From assembly GCA_028023455.1 (NCBI GenBank), contig JAQFVV010000009.1, positions 930,001 through 994,000 of the forward strand: DNA of 64,000 nucleotides. Direction: 5' to 3'. Shown piece by piece: positions 39,379 to 52,333 of this stretch. The first letter of the stretch is position 1. The number at the start of each line of letters is the position of its first letter. Both the position numbers and the translations under genes were made by a program. Source of the stretch: Epiperipatus broadwayi. Taxonomy: Eukaryota; Animalia; Onychophora. The notes below the pieces were generated by a model. The model ran no database searches. It was not told the DNA's origin and worked only from the letters and a program-made list of their open reading frames with translations.

Positions 39379-41204
39379 TTTAACGGGCAACCCCTTTCTC
39401 AGGTCTTATCCGACGTTGGTGAACTTAAACCAAATAATATAGATCTCAAAAAATGGACAAGTGAGCCTAACCGAAGACTAGATGGAATTTCTATGGCTGT
39501 CTAGTCGCCATAACACCTGTAGGTAATGTTTAAATATTACCCACCAAAGAAAATTTCTGATACGAATTAGTTATACCAGTATTGTTTACTTGATGCAAAT
39601 TTTAAGTGTTGCATAAATAGGATTTAAGATAAATGAATAAAAGTTTCCGGTTGCCCTTGTATCTTGAATAAGATCTAAATATAAAAAAAATCTCTATGGG
39701 AGAATATATCTATGAGCGTCAATTTATCGATGACCTCAAGCGCCAAACTCACTGTTACGATGAGAATTATATTTCCCGATTAACGAGGTGCCTGACCCAA
39801 GCTAACTCACTCCCAGGGTGGTGAGGAAAACCTATTGGATGAATGGAGATAATAACACACAAAAAAATAAAGGTTTGTAATTAATTTATAATGCACTCAT
39901 AGACATATCCACTTACCTCGGACATATTTGAATCATTGGAATTTATTTGGCAAATGAAGTAATTAGAAAATGTAAATGATAATTACTGAATAACTCTAAC
40001 GCAAAGGTAAATCTGTACTAAATTTTATTATTAATATCTAAATGCTATCTATGTAAATCAATTCTTATCCCTCCCATTTAAAATATATAATAAGTTCCCA
40101 AATCATAAATGAAACAATAAAACATTTAATTTAGAATAAATACATATTTATTTATATATATAAGAAAAAAAAAATACTATACAGTTGTACGCAATAATTT
40201 TGTTATGAAATAATTTAAGAAAGTTTGTTATTTCGAGGGTAGCTATAAGCAGTTCTGAGTTATATAAAAACATAGTTCACTTTACCTGACGAAACACCGG
40301 GGTATAGGATTAGAATGTAATGAAGCATATCAAGTGGATTTCCGTGATCTAGTAGTATTTGAAGTTGCCTTATGAAAGCGCAATATAAATTTCTTTCTAT
40401 AGAGTCCGATATTTAGATGTCCATAAGTGATGGCGGAGCTGTAAGTGGAGTCTTGTCTAATATAATTTTCAAATCAAATAAATTCATATTTTGGGACGTA
40501 CGATTCTATTTCATTTTATGTTCAGCGGTCACAATCTAACTGAATCTGTCTTTTTCCTTTCTCCAATTCTCATTAATTAATTTTTTGTCTAATTAATTTT
40601 CATTTCTCAGACAAAGGAATTTTTTTTATCGGATCTCTAATCTAATTCTTTTTCTTTGAATAGGTTTTCCTTTCCAAATTACTTTTACTTCTTTAAATTT
40701 ACATTTCCATTGTTTTGGTGGTGCCGTCATTCCTGGTATCTATTCTTTTTGGTCAAACATTCTTTGGCTTTTTCTTGGAATTTTATTTTTGCAGTAATTA
40801 GCGATTGTGATTCAAACACAGAATTTCTTGAAGACACAAACAATACTTCCTTTTCGCTACCCTCGTTAATTTGAAATATAATTGAAACTTAAATCAATAT
40901 TCTAAACAATATATAACATATTTGCACACAACTGTAATTTTGTCAATTTGTAATATTTTAAAAGTAAAACATTCTAAATAAATAATGCTTACTAATCAAT
41001 CCCTTCCCCATTTATTTTCTAACAAAAAAAAAAAGAATAATAAAGAAAAAGAGTTTAAAATTTACTTCATGCATGTATATATATGTATAATTATATATAT
41101 ATTTTAACCCTTTATCGCCCGCTTGAATATATACCTGTATTGAGGGTAATGCGTATGCACTTTTCACTTTCTTGTAACAGGGTTTGAACCCAGTTACTGT
41201 TACA
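39379..41204 (-). repeat. 3' LTR (~1.83 kb)
   Basis: Collinear with 45572-47531; begins TGTAACAG on the minus strand at 41204 and ends GTTAAA at 39379. Confidence 0.92.
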
Positions 41205-41220
41205 ATGCCCCCCTGTCGGA
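41205..41220 (-). promoter_or_regulatory. Polypurine-tract-like site
   Basis: Minus strand ...CCGACAGGGGGGCAT directly precedes the TGTAAC start of the 3' LTR. Confidence 0.6.
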
Positions 41221-41271
41221 AAGACTTCAAAATGGGATTTCCCTATTTTGAGGTCTAAGATAATAGATTCA

Positions 41272-44200
41272 TTATAGTGCAGGTTTTAAAGCCCTAGCAT
41301 TGTAGGATCCTTTAATCTCTGACCCAGTGTCCACCCAAAATGCATTATTTCCCTGTCGCCGTACAATAGTGAATGGACCCTCATATAAATTACAGAACTT
41401 GCGACAGATGAATTTTCCGGGGTCGCTAACATGTGGTATCTCCCATTTGGAATCGGTGCCGAGTGCCTGATGCTCTTTTATTTCTCTTTGACTTCTTTTC
41501 ATTAAGTGCCTGGTAAGCTTGAGTTCTGTCAGCTTCTACATCTATTGGGTGCTCTCCAGCCCAGATAAGGGTGTTTTTATCAATCGAGGAACATGTCTTC
41601 CTAAGTGCAGCTGTATTGGGGCAAACCCGGTCGATTCATTGACAGACCAATTAATATAGTCGACGACTTGTGGAACTTGCTTGACCCACCCTCGATGATT
41701 TGTTGGGAGATGTTCTGAACAACCAACCCGGTTCCCGCATAACCTTCTCACATGGTTTTGATTGTGGATTACGGATGGATGTCAATATGTGCTTAATTCC
41801 TTGTCATTGTATCCACCTACGCCATTCCCCTGATATGAAGGGAGGGCCATGATCGGACAATAAAATGTTTGTTTTTCCCACCGTTGGAAAGTGTTTATTC
41901 TCTAACATCTTTATGGTGTTCTTAGTATTGGCCTGTGATATCGGGTACGTGGCTAAAAATTTCGAGAATAAGTCATAGACCACAATGAGATACTTATTAA
42001 AAGCTGGCAATGGGCCATAGTAATCCAATGCCATCATTTCCCGAGGAGATACTTCTTATTAAAAGCTGGCAATGGGCCATAGTAATCCAATGCCATCACT
42101 TCCCGAGGCTTAGTTGGAATCATGGACGTCATAGGTGTTACATAACTCCTATTAGTTGGCTTTGCCTTTTGGCATATTTCACATTGATTTATCACAAGCC
42201 ATGATTTTAGTGTGCATTCCTGGCCAATAAAACCATTCCTGGAGCAAACGCTCCGTTTGGGTGTGCCATAAAGTTGGTGTACATGGGTGATAACCACATC
42301 CCTAATCTGACATGGTAAGACAGGTTTCCACTCCTCTTGAATTTTATATTGCAGTATCGATTGTCTCATTCGATAGCCCCTGCCTTGCTTCCCACCCAAC
42401 CTAAGTCTGTTGTATCCTTTTCTTCTAACTGTTCAATCAGCGTCTTCAGTTGTCCATCTTCCCACTGGTGGTCGGATAGTTGGGCCAGGTCCCATTCCAC
42501 TGCTTCATTCACCTTCAGGCTTACACTGGCGATATACAAGTTCTCCACTTAAATGGCATGGCTGGGATCAAGTGGGATTCCGACTCAATATGTCTGGTAC
42601 AATGTTCTCTGACCCTTTGCAATATTTTAGTGTAATCATATTCCTGGAGGTATAGACTCCATCGAATCAGCCGGCTATTGGTGAGGTAGCTATGGTTCAA
42701 AAACTCCAAGCTTTGATGGTCAGTAATGACAACCACTTTTGATCCCAACAATAGCATCCTGAACTTCTGGAAGGCCCAGACAATCGCAAGGGCTTCCTTT
42801 TCACTAGTAGTATAGTGATGCTCCAGTCCTTTAAGCAATCGGCTTATAAAGTACAGTACTTTTGGATAGCGTAACTCCTAGACCATACCCACTACTGTCT
42901 GTTTGTACAATGAATGGCCTCTCAAAATCTGGAAATGCCAACATGACTCGTTTTTCGAAACCTCTTTTTATATTCTCAAAGGCTTCCTCTTGTTCCTGAG
43001 CCCATTTCCATGGGACATTCTTTCTTGTCAGCTTGACCAAAGGCTCCATTTGTCCTGCAAATCCCTCATAAAATCTGTTGTAGAAATTACAGAGGCCCAG
43101 GAATGATCGAATTTGTTTCCGTGATGTAGGTTGAGGAAATTCTCTAATAGCCAAGACTTTGTCTGGATGGGGTTTCATCCCCTGGGATCCCTCCACATGG
43201 CCCAAAAACGTAACTTCATCCTTACATAACATGCTTTTTTTTTTTAATTAATCTTGATTCCTTTCTCTTGGCATTCTTTAAGAAATATCTCTATATCCCT
43301 AAAATGTTCTTCGGTGGTTGCCGATGCCACTAATACATCTACATACACAGTGACCAATTTTTTCACTTCCTCAGACAACACTTGGTCCAAACATCTGAGC
43401 AGCCCTGCACCGCTGTTTATTACGCCAAATGGCATACGGTTAAATAGATACGAATACCCGTCATATCTAAAGGGGGTATATTTGCGGTCTTCAGGATGGA
43501 GTTGGATCTGCCAGTAACTGGCCGTCAAATCAAAGGTAGAAAATATTTTCTTTCCCTTAAATCTTCCTAACAGTTCTTGCATAGGAGCGGGAATAGTACA
43601 ATCTGGGATAGTTATTCGGTTGTCTCGCGTTGGATCTGCCAGTAACTGCCCGTCAAATCAAAGGTAGAAAATATTTTCTTTCCCTTAAATCTTCCTAACA
43701 GTTCTTGCATAGGAGGGGGAATAGTACAATCTGGGATAGTTATTCGGTTGTCTCGTGTCCAAACACAATCTGACTGACCCATCTTTCTTTTTGACAACCA
43801 CTAGCAGATTACAATACGGAGAGGAACATTTTGAAATAATTCCCCATTCTATCATTTGGTTGATTTGTTCCTTCACATCATCCTGGTATTGATGCGGAAC
43901 AGGGTATGACCTAGACTGGAACGACTGATCCTGATTTATTTTAATTCTTTGTTCGAATCCTTGTATTACACCCGGTATATCTGAAAAAATGTGGCCATAC
44001 CTTTCCAATACTCTCTGCAGTGCCTGCTCTTCTTCTCGATTGGCCACACCCGCCTGCTTAACTTTATCATCTATTATTCTATCCATTGGATCTTTCTCCA
44101 CTTTCATGACCCCAATTGAATGGTATAGGTCTGGCACCAGAAATTTAATTACTTCTTCCCAGGTAACTGTTTCCATTTCGTAGTCCAAGACGCATTTGTA

Positions 44201-44330
44201 TTTGTGAAGGAAATCTGATCCCAATATGGCCTCGTGAATCAGTCCTTCATAATAAGGAACACATGAGCAAAAGATTTTCCATTTATCCATAGGTCTACCC
44301 ATATCTGCTTAGGTTCTACTTTGGCCCTAT
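41272..44330 (-). pseudogene. pol (protease, RT, RNase H, integrase), frameshifted and with internal tandem duplications
   Basis: PR: EAILGSDFL. RT: KKKDGSVRLCLD, FSTFDLTASYWQI, RMPFGV, VYVD-VLV. RH: FIVQTDSSGYGLG, YTTSEKEALAIVWAF, VITDHQSL. INT: CEICQKAK, ALDYYGPLP, YDLFSKF, LSDHGPPF. Confidence 0.93.
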
Positions 44331-44616
44331 TATTATTTGCCATTGTCATTTGTGTGGCCTTCAGTGGAAGGGTCCATATGCCAGGTTGTTTCCTAATCAA
44401 TTTATATCATGTTTCTGACATCACAGAGATTGGACTCCCCGAATCGATGAGTTTCTATTTCTATTTAATTGATTTCCATATGAATATTTGGGCATTCCTG
44501 TTTGGCATATTGAGGAACCCTATCATCCCATGAACACACCAAATTTCCTTTTTCTCATGTGTCATTTCTTCTTCCTCTGCCATATACGTTTGACATTGAT
44601 CCCTGAATCTTTTATC

Positions 44617-45186
44617 TTAAATCTCCCTTATTTGTTCATCTACCTCAATTTGATTTAACATTTTGTCAACTTCTTTGGTTGATCTACTTTTAATCCCTAT
44701 TCGGTATCTTATTTCTAATGGCAAATTTCGATAAATGATTTTTACTATCTGATTCTCAGATAGCTTCTCACTCTCTAATGTCTTCAGTGTGGCCACTTGT
44801 CGTCTGAAGAATCGTATGTGGTTGTCCTTCCCTTTTTCTGAAAACTTCTGATTAATGATTCGCATTTTGATATTTTCCTGCTGTTCCTCATTCCAAAACG
44901 TCTTCTTCAGGGCTTTTTCATACTCTTGGTATGTTTGGGGTTGGTGTAACATAGAATCCCACCACATTTTTGCATATCCTAGAAGGTGGACCTGTGCTAA
45001 GATTATTTTGAATTCCTCCAGTATCCCATATCTCCTAAAATATTTTTGTAAGCTATTTATATGCTCCTTTGGGCTCTCTTCCTTCTTTCCTCTAAATACC
45101 TTCATTTCCATCCCCTCTATCTCCTGTAATCTTGTTATTGTCATATCTATACTGACTGTCTCTCCTACTTTACCTTTGAGATACAT
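44617..45186 (-). pseudogene. gag (capsid-like) fragment
   Basis: 189-aa ORF with F.G...SP.EHI..LQKYF.......I.LA..HL.GYAKMWW...Y.EYEKAL...FW, typical of Ty3/Gypsy retrotrans_gag; located between PBS and pol. Confidence 0.85.
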
Positions 45187-45552
45187 AAATTGTTTTCTAT
45201 ATATATATATGTGCCGGGCTCCTCACCCCAGCTCACAAAATACTATGCTGACCGTTACCTGCCTTACTATCGAACCTCTACCTCTCATTCCTATTTTCTC
45301 CCGTCTGGTGCTGAGATACATAAATTGTTTTCTATATATATATATGTGCCGGGCTCCTCACCCCAGCTCACAAAATACTATGCTGACCGTTACCTGCCTT
45401 ACTATCGAACCTCTACCTCTCATTCCTATTTTCTCCCCTGTCTGGTGCTTTATTTTCTAAAGCAATATTTGCGAGGCACAATAATTAAACTCACGCAAAA
45501 ATGAAACAAATACAATTTATTTTTATTAACCTGCCATTCTCCTACTTTTGTA

Positions 45553-45570
45553 GCCCCACGTTGGGCACCT
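45553..45570 (-). promoter_or_regulatory. Primer-binding site, tRNA-Lys (Lys1,2/CUU type)
   Basis: Minus strand AGGTGCCCAACGTGGGGC, 16/18 match to TGGCGCCCAACGTGGGGC, one base from the 5' LTR end. Confidence 0.85.
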
Positions 45571-45571
45571 T

Positions 45572-47531
45572 TTTAACAGGCAACCCCTTTCTCACGTCTT
45601 ATCCGACATTGAACTTAAACCAAATAATATAGATCTCAAGAAATGGACAAGTGAGCCTAACCGAAGACTAGATGGAATTTCTATGGCTGTCTAGTCGCCA
45701 TAACACTTGTAGGTAATGTTTAAATATTACCCACCAAAGAAAATTCTGATACGAATTAGTTATACCAGTATTGTTTACTTGACGTAAGTGTTGCATAAAT
45801 AGGATTTAAGATAAATGAATAAAAGTTTCCGGTTGCCCTTGTATCTTGAATAAGATCTAAATATAAAAAAAATCTCTACGGAAGAATATATTTATGAGCG
45901 TCAATTTATCAATGATCTCAAGTGCCAAACTCACTGTTATGATGAGAATTATATTTCCCAATTAACGAGGTGCCTGACCCAAGCTAACTCACTCCCAGGG
46001 TGGAGAGGAAAACCTATCGGATGAACGGAGATAATAACACAAAAAATATAGGTTTGTAATTTATAATGCACTCATAGACATATCTACTTACCTCGGACAT
46101 ATTTAAATCATTGGAATTTATTTGGCAAATGAAGTAATTAGAAAATGTAAATGATAATTACTGAATAACTCTAACGCAAAGGTAAATCTGTACTAAATTT
46201 TATTATTAATATCTAAACGCTATCTATGTAAATCAATTCTTATCCCTCCCATTTAAAATATATAAGTTCCCAAATCATAAATGAAACAATAAAACATTTA
46301 ATTTAGAATACATATTAATTTATATATATAAGAAAAAAAAATTTTTACTATATAGTTGTATGCAATAATTTTATGTTATGAAATAATTTAAAAAAGTTTG
46401 TTATTTCGAGGGTAACTATAAGCAGTTCTGAGTTATATAAAAACATAGTTCACTTTACCTGACGAAACCCCGGGATATGGGATTAGAATGTAATGAAGCA
46501 TATCAAGTGGGTTTCCGTGATCTAGTAGTATTTGAAGTTGCCTTATGAAAGTGCAATATATAATTTCTTTCTACAGAGTCCGATATTTAGATGTCCATAA
46601 GTGATGGCGGAGCTGTAAGTGGAGTCTTGTCTAATATAATTTTCAAATCAAATAAATTCATATTTTGGGACGTACGATTTCTATTTCATTTTATGTTCAG
46701 CAATCCAGAGTATTCGCGAGGTTCCTAGGTTCTTCGGCGGCAGGCGGTTTATAGTCAGTTCACATCGGCTGCGGGTGATGAAGCCCTTTACGTATGGTCC
46801 TTATCCATCATGTTAAATTTTTTTTTTTATATATCTTATAAGTCTGTCTCACTCAGCGGTCACAATCTAACTGAATCTGTCTTTTTCCTTTCTCCAATTC
46901 TCATTAATTAATTTTTTGTCTAATTAATTTTCATTTCTCAGACAAAGGAATTTTTTTTATCGGATCTCTAATCTAATTCTTTTTCTTTGAATAGGTTTTC
47001 CTTTCCAAATTACTTTTACTTCTTTAAATTTACATTTCCATTGTTTTGGTGGTGCCATCATTCCTGGTATCTATTCTTTTTGGTCAAACATTATTTGGCT
47101 TTTTCTTAGAATTTTATTTTTGCAGTAATTAGCGATTGTGATTCAAACACAGAATTGCTTGAAGGCACAAACAATATTTCCTTTTCGCTACCCTCGTTAA
47201 TTTGAAATATAATTGAAACTTAAATCAATATTCTAAACAATATATAACATATTTGCACACAACTGTAATTTTGTCAATTTGTAATAATTTTAAAAGTAAA
47301 ACATTCTCAATGAATAATGCTTACTAATCAATCCCTTCCCCGTTTATTTTCTAACAAAAAAAAAATAATAAAGAAAGAGTTTAAAATTTACTTCACGCAT
47401 GTATATATATATGTATAATTCTATGTATTTTTAACCCTTTATCGCCCGCTTGAATATATACCTGTATTGAGGGTAATGCGTACGTGCTTTTCACTTTCTT
47501 GTAACAGGGTTTGAACCCAGCTACTGTTATA
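45572..47531 (-). repeat. 5' LTR (~1.96 kb), containing a 156-bp segment absent from the 3' LTR
   Basis: Collinear with 39379-41204; extra segment at 46702-46857. Confidence 0.92.
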
Positions 47532-47869
47532 CTATATATCATATAAAATATCAATTTTAATTATATAACTTGCATATCATTTTTCAAAAATTTTGGTATT
47601 TTTTCTCTTACTGTTTTAATCATAATTTCTTGATTATTTCTCACCTATTGTAAAATTTCTCTATACACTCTAAACGTGTTCAACTTTTTCTACTCTATTC
47701 CCACACAAATCACATGCCAAATTGCAATCCTTTCTACATTTATAATCTTCAATAATAAATACCTTCCTCTATGATTATTATATTTTCAATTCAATATTAA
47801 TCTTATTTTGATATAGGTGATTTTTACTGACAATTTTAATTTTCATAAAACTTCATTTTTTTTACTTAT

Positions 47870-48600
47870 TAAAATAATTTTATCATTTTCTAAGACACTA
47901 TCTGTCTAATATTCTATGTATTCGTTTAGTTTAATTTTTGTATTAGTAAATTGAATTAAAGCTTCATCCAACTCTTTTGCATTCTTTATGTTTGCTTCAA
48001 TCAATTTATTTAAAACTGTTTCAATTAAAAATTCTTTTTTCATTAATCAATTATAATCTTACAAACATTTAAAATTTGATCTTGGAATTTCTCTTACAAA
48101 ATGACTATCCCATTTCAACTTACAGAGTTTCATTTGTTGTCCATGTTTCACCTAATGTACATTTTCCCACTTCTTTTTGCATTTTATCCAAAGGTTTAAT
48201 AAGAAGTGTATCATTTCTATAAGTGACACCAAATGGAACCACTCCTGCCATAAGATTCTAATTGTAATGTGCATATTATAAGCAAATAATGCCAATTTCT
48301 TAATTCATCTGTTTTTGTTTTTTACTTTTATCATCTCCTACTCTAATGAGCATTCTTTTTTATTGTTAATTTTTATTCCCAAAATTATATATTGCTTCAA
48401 TCCTATTATTAATTATCAATATCTTAAGAATTTCTCTTATTAAATTTAATACCTACTTCTTCTTTGCTATACATTTTAAGTAATATATTTATTTCTTTGT
48501 CAATAACAAAAAGAATATCATCTGCAAAACTTGAAATTGCTACCAATTGGATTGTAACCATATCTCAATTTTAAATAATAAATGAGCAACACAGAATCAA
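47870..48600 (-). mobile_element. Decayed LINE RT relic
   Basis: Minus strand VAISSFADDILFVIDKEINIL with FADD at 48517-48528; downstream broken frames resemble an RT thumb region. Confidence 0.55.
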
Positions 48601-50307
48601 CTATACAACATACATTCAAATAATTTTTTAATAACATAATAATTATATAAGGCATTTTATAATTAAAAATAAATTTTATTATGAAAATTGTATATTTCTG
48701 GAAAATATGTTAAAAAATCTAAAAATGTATCCAATATAATTTTTTGTATTTTACCTAAATACAAAATCATTTCTTTATTAAAATTATATATATAAATTTA
48801 CAAAAAAAACAACAACCTTGAATTAATCCCTTTAGAATTTTAATAATATTGTGATAACTGATATCTTCATTATTTTGTTTTATGAAATAAAAAAGTACAT
48901 TTTTACATATTCCTTTCCCTGCATATACACATACATATATAATTAAACATATATAAACAAATTTATAAACAGGATACATGCTATCTAAATATCAGTTTAA
49001 TAAAATTCCTATAAAATAACTGGATAATTTACTGTTACTATGCTATTTATTTTCTTATGAGATGATCAAAATGAAAATAGTTATTTTTATTAATCATCTT
49101 ATCACTAACCATATTTATATAAAGATAAAATAACTTTAAATAACTAATCATCAGATGCAGGCCTTTCTAAATTCATACATGGAGAAATAATAAAGATAAT
49201 ATTTGCTAGACTAATGAACTGTCAAATTATGTTTTTATATTTTTCTTCCTCCTTTTATTATATAGTAATATCTATTTAGTGACCAATAATTGAATAATTA
49301 GTTAGACTGGCTATCAGAAAAAAAAAAAAAATTCTGAGCCTAGTTAAAAATCCTTAGCTATTAAAAAATTTCGAAGTTCTATATTGATTTAATCTGGTGG
49401 TATGGACTGGCAGATGCTCTAACTACTATTTTAAGATTTCACCCTATCAGAATATTACAATTTGTATTTAAATATTCACTTTTTTTCCTTCATTTTTTAT
49501 ATTCTGATAAATTGTTTTAAAAGATAAAAAAATCACCTTTGAAAAAATTGACTTATGTACTTATAAGGACTGCAAATTATTATATATTTTTTTACTTCCG
49601 CAGTCAATTGATTCTTTTCAAAAAAAATTTTTAGCAGAAAATAAATATATGAAATCATAAATCCACTGTTTCAAAATCCATTGATTCATTTATGCAAGAT
49701 TTAAAAAATAAATAAAAAAAACAATAAAAAATTATAAATTTATTAATAACAAGATTTTAATTCTCAAATTCATAATGCAATTTCTAGACAGGATTATCCC
49801 TTTTGTATTATTCATTTCTTGTCAGACATATTTTATTTGAAACATTTTTTAAAAATGAAAATTTAGAAGTAATTTTTTTGCTAGTTGTTTTGGATTTCTT
49901 AATGTTCACTACCTAATTTTTTTATTTGGAATTTATATCATAAATACATACGCATGTACTATATTAGTTTGAACAATGTATCTGTACAGATATTGCTAAT
50001 GAATTATATATAGCATTTGATACTTTCCATGAATTTAAATTATCCAAAGTCATCTCAGAATCAAATGCCACAGTACAATAATCTTAGTCTTTTAAATCAC
50101 ATAGTAAATAATCCCCTTTTTATCAAAAGAAAAATAAGAGTATTAATTACCCCCCCCCCCAAGAAGAATGATAGTAATTTATTATGATTTAAAAATTTGC
50201 CATTATAGGAAAAAATGCATTATAAAAATTATTTCCTACAAATATTTTTTTTAAAAGTATTTCTATTATAAATTGTTTATTGCAAATTTTTGTTTTCATA
50301 TGTCAAA

Positions 50308-50378
50308 TGCGTTGACCAGAAGCGAATCCGGGCCAGCTGCTTGGAAGGCAGTTATGCTAACCGCTAGGTCACCAATGC
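50308..50378 (-). pseudogene. tRNA-Gly(TCC)-derived pseudogene / short SINE-like copy
   Basis: Minus strand GCATTGGTGACCTAGCGGTTAGCATAACTGCCTTCCAAGCAGCTGGCCCGGATTCGCTTCTGGTCAACGCA closely follows metazoan tRNA-Gly-TCC, but has an A-C mismatch in the acceptor stem and TTCGCTT in the T loop. Confidence 0.75.
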
Positions 50379-50639
50379 TTGACATAATTTTTTTTTTTTT
50401 TTAAAAAAAAAAAGACTGAAAACGTTTTCGTTTATAATTAGGTATGCTTAATTTGATAATCATTTAAAAATAACATACACAATATATATATAAAAGAGAA
50501 TTACAAACAGAATTTTAAAAAAAATAACATTACTTTCAGAATTTTAGTGTAATTTAAATAAAATTATATCAAAATAAAATTTTAAAGTTTCGTTTGTTAT
50601 AAATGTACTAACTATATGTATATATAAAAATAATAATAG

Positions 50640-51069
50640 CTTGAGTCAGCCTATAGCGACAGTTAAAATTAAAAAAAAAAAAATCTTATTAAAGTCACAT
50701 AACATTAATGTTCCCACAGGACAACTTTCAATAATTTATGCATATTACAGTCATATTGTTTATTTAATAAATTATCTGTCATATTTATAAAATATGCCTC
50801 TTTGCTTAATTTGTCTGTCAAATTTATAAAATATGTCTCTTTGATTTTTTTCCCCTTTGACTGGGTCTATTTAACATATGGAAAATGACTTGAAGAAATA
50901 AATATCAAAGAGGCATATTTTATAAATATGACAAATTATTAAATAAACAATATCGTGTTAATATATATAAATTATGGAAAGTTGGCCATTCAAGTGGAAA
51001 TGTTAATGTGTGACTTTAATAAGATTTGTTTTTTTTTTTTCAAATTTTAATTATTAACGGCTACTCAGG
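50640..51069. mobile_element. MITE family B, ~430 bp, long imperfect TIRs (~160 bp)
   Basis: ATCTTATTAAAGTCAC / GTGACTTTAATAAGAT; GTCATATTTATAAAATATGCCTCTTTG / CAAAGAGGCATATTTTATAAATATGAC; TTGAGTCAGCC / GGCTACTCAG. ATAG on both flanks (50636-50639, 51070-51073). Confidence 0.75.
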
Positions 51070-52333
51070 ATAGTATAGTTTTATATTTTGAGTATTGTAG
51101 ACTTTACTGCAGAGTCGTTTGTTTAATATATATAAAGAATGGCATGTTAAATGCTTTTATTATAAATCTAAAAATACTAGCATATTTTAAAATCAGTTAT
51201 CCTTTTAACTTGCAGATTATTATATAAATATGGCTTTAATTAGTAGAACTATTAGAGCCTTTTATATTTCACATTTAACATAATAAGCAGTGATAGCTAA
51301 ACCTAGAAAAGTAAAAAGTTGATATCATTTATCCAATCAAAACATTTTGACAAATATCTACTTTATAGTTAACTGATTCAAGCATTAAATGACAACAAAA
51401 AATTATTTTATTTAGCTTCACAGCCAGTATAAAAAAACAAATTTACCTAAAATATTTTTTTTAAAAAAGTAATTGAACAGCTTTATTGCTTATTAAAACA
51501 GTATGAGATTGGAAACCAAAACAAATCTATTTCAAATGTATAGCAGAACTGTTTTGAGGCTATCTGCTGCCATAAAAATCCATATGAAAATACTATGAGA
51601 AATTCTTGAAAAAAGATCCATTATACTTTTGAAACAGAAGGTACTAGAGTTGTAGAAAAAGACTGTTCCAAATAATATTCACATATTATATGGGTGTCTA
51701 TAATTATTCATTCCATATTGTCTTAATAATTTTGTCATTACAAAGGCTATTTATGATAATTATCGAAATGCTTCAAATTTTTTTCCTATTTTACAGAACA
51801 TAATCAAAATCACAAGAAAAAAAAAACCCAATGTGTCTGTCTGTTGTGACTAAGTTAATTTACCACATCCAATACAGATGGTCATATAGTTGAAGGTTTT
51901 AATATATAAAATTACATTATGTGCTTTATTCATCCTTTACTATCAAATATGGCATTAATATAGAACATGATCGTTGTATATCATGGAAGATTTGCATCAC
52001 TCAAAGCAGTGGATGACCTTATTCTTGAAACATATGTCCTGCAGAATAATTGCTTGCCATTTTTATATACATACAATATTGTAATAAATATGTAATTTGT
52101 GATCTGTCTATTAGAATAGTTATTTTTACATGGTACAATTGTATTTATGTAACTTTACCAAACAAAATAATTTTTCAGGCAATAATTTAATTTTTTTTTA
52201 AAAAAAAAAAAACAATATGCTACATGAGAAAGATTTTTAGTCATCCAAAGATGACCAACTGAGAAAATTTATGTTTTTCATTCTAGCTGGAATCTGCTGA
52301 AATTTATGAATTCATTTTTTTGTTAGACCTGTA

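Larger units (their letters stand above)
39379..47531 (-). mobile_element. Near-complete, decayed Ty3/Gypsy LTR retrotransposon (Osvaldo/Ulysses-like by long LTRs and Lys PBS), 4-bp TSD CTAT
   Basis: Direct repeats 39379-41204 and 45572-47531; CTAT at 39375-39378 and 47532-47535; PBS next to the right LTR; G-rich PPT next to the left LTR; domain order gag-PR-RT-RH-INT on the minus strand. Confidence 0.95.

Noticed and set aside
44855-45504. Plus-strand ORFs 44855-45460 and 45190-45504 with repeated peptides
   Set aside because: Antisense to gag and produced by the 135-bp tandem duplication.
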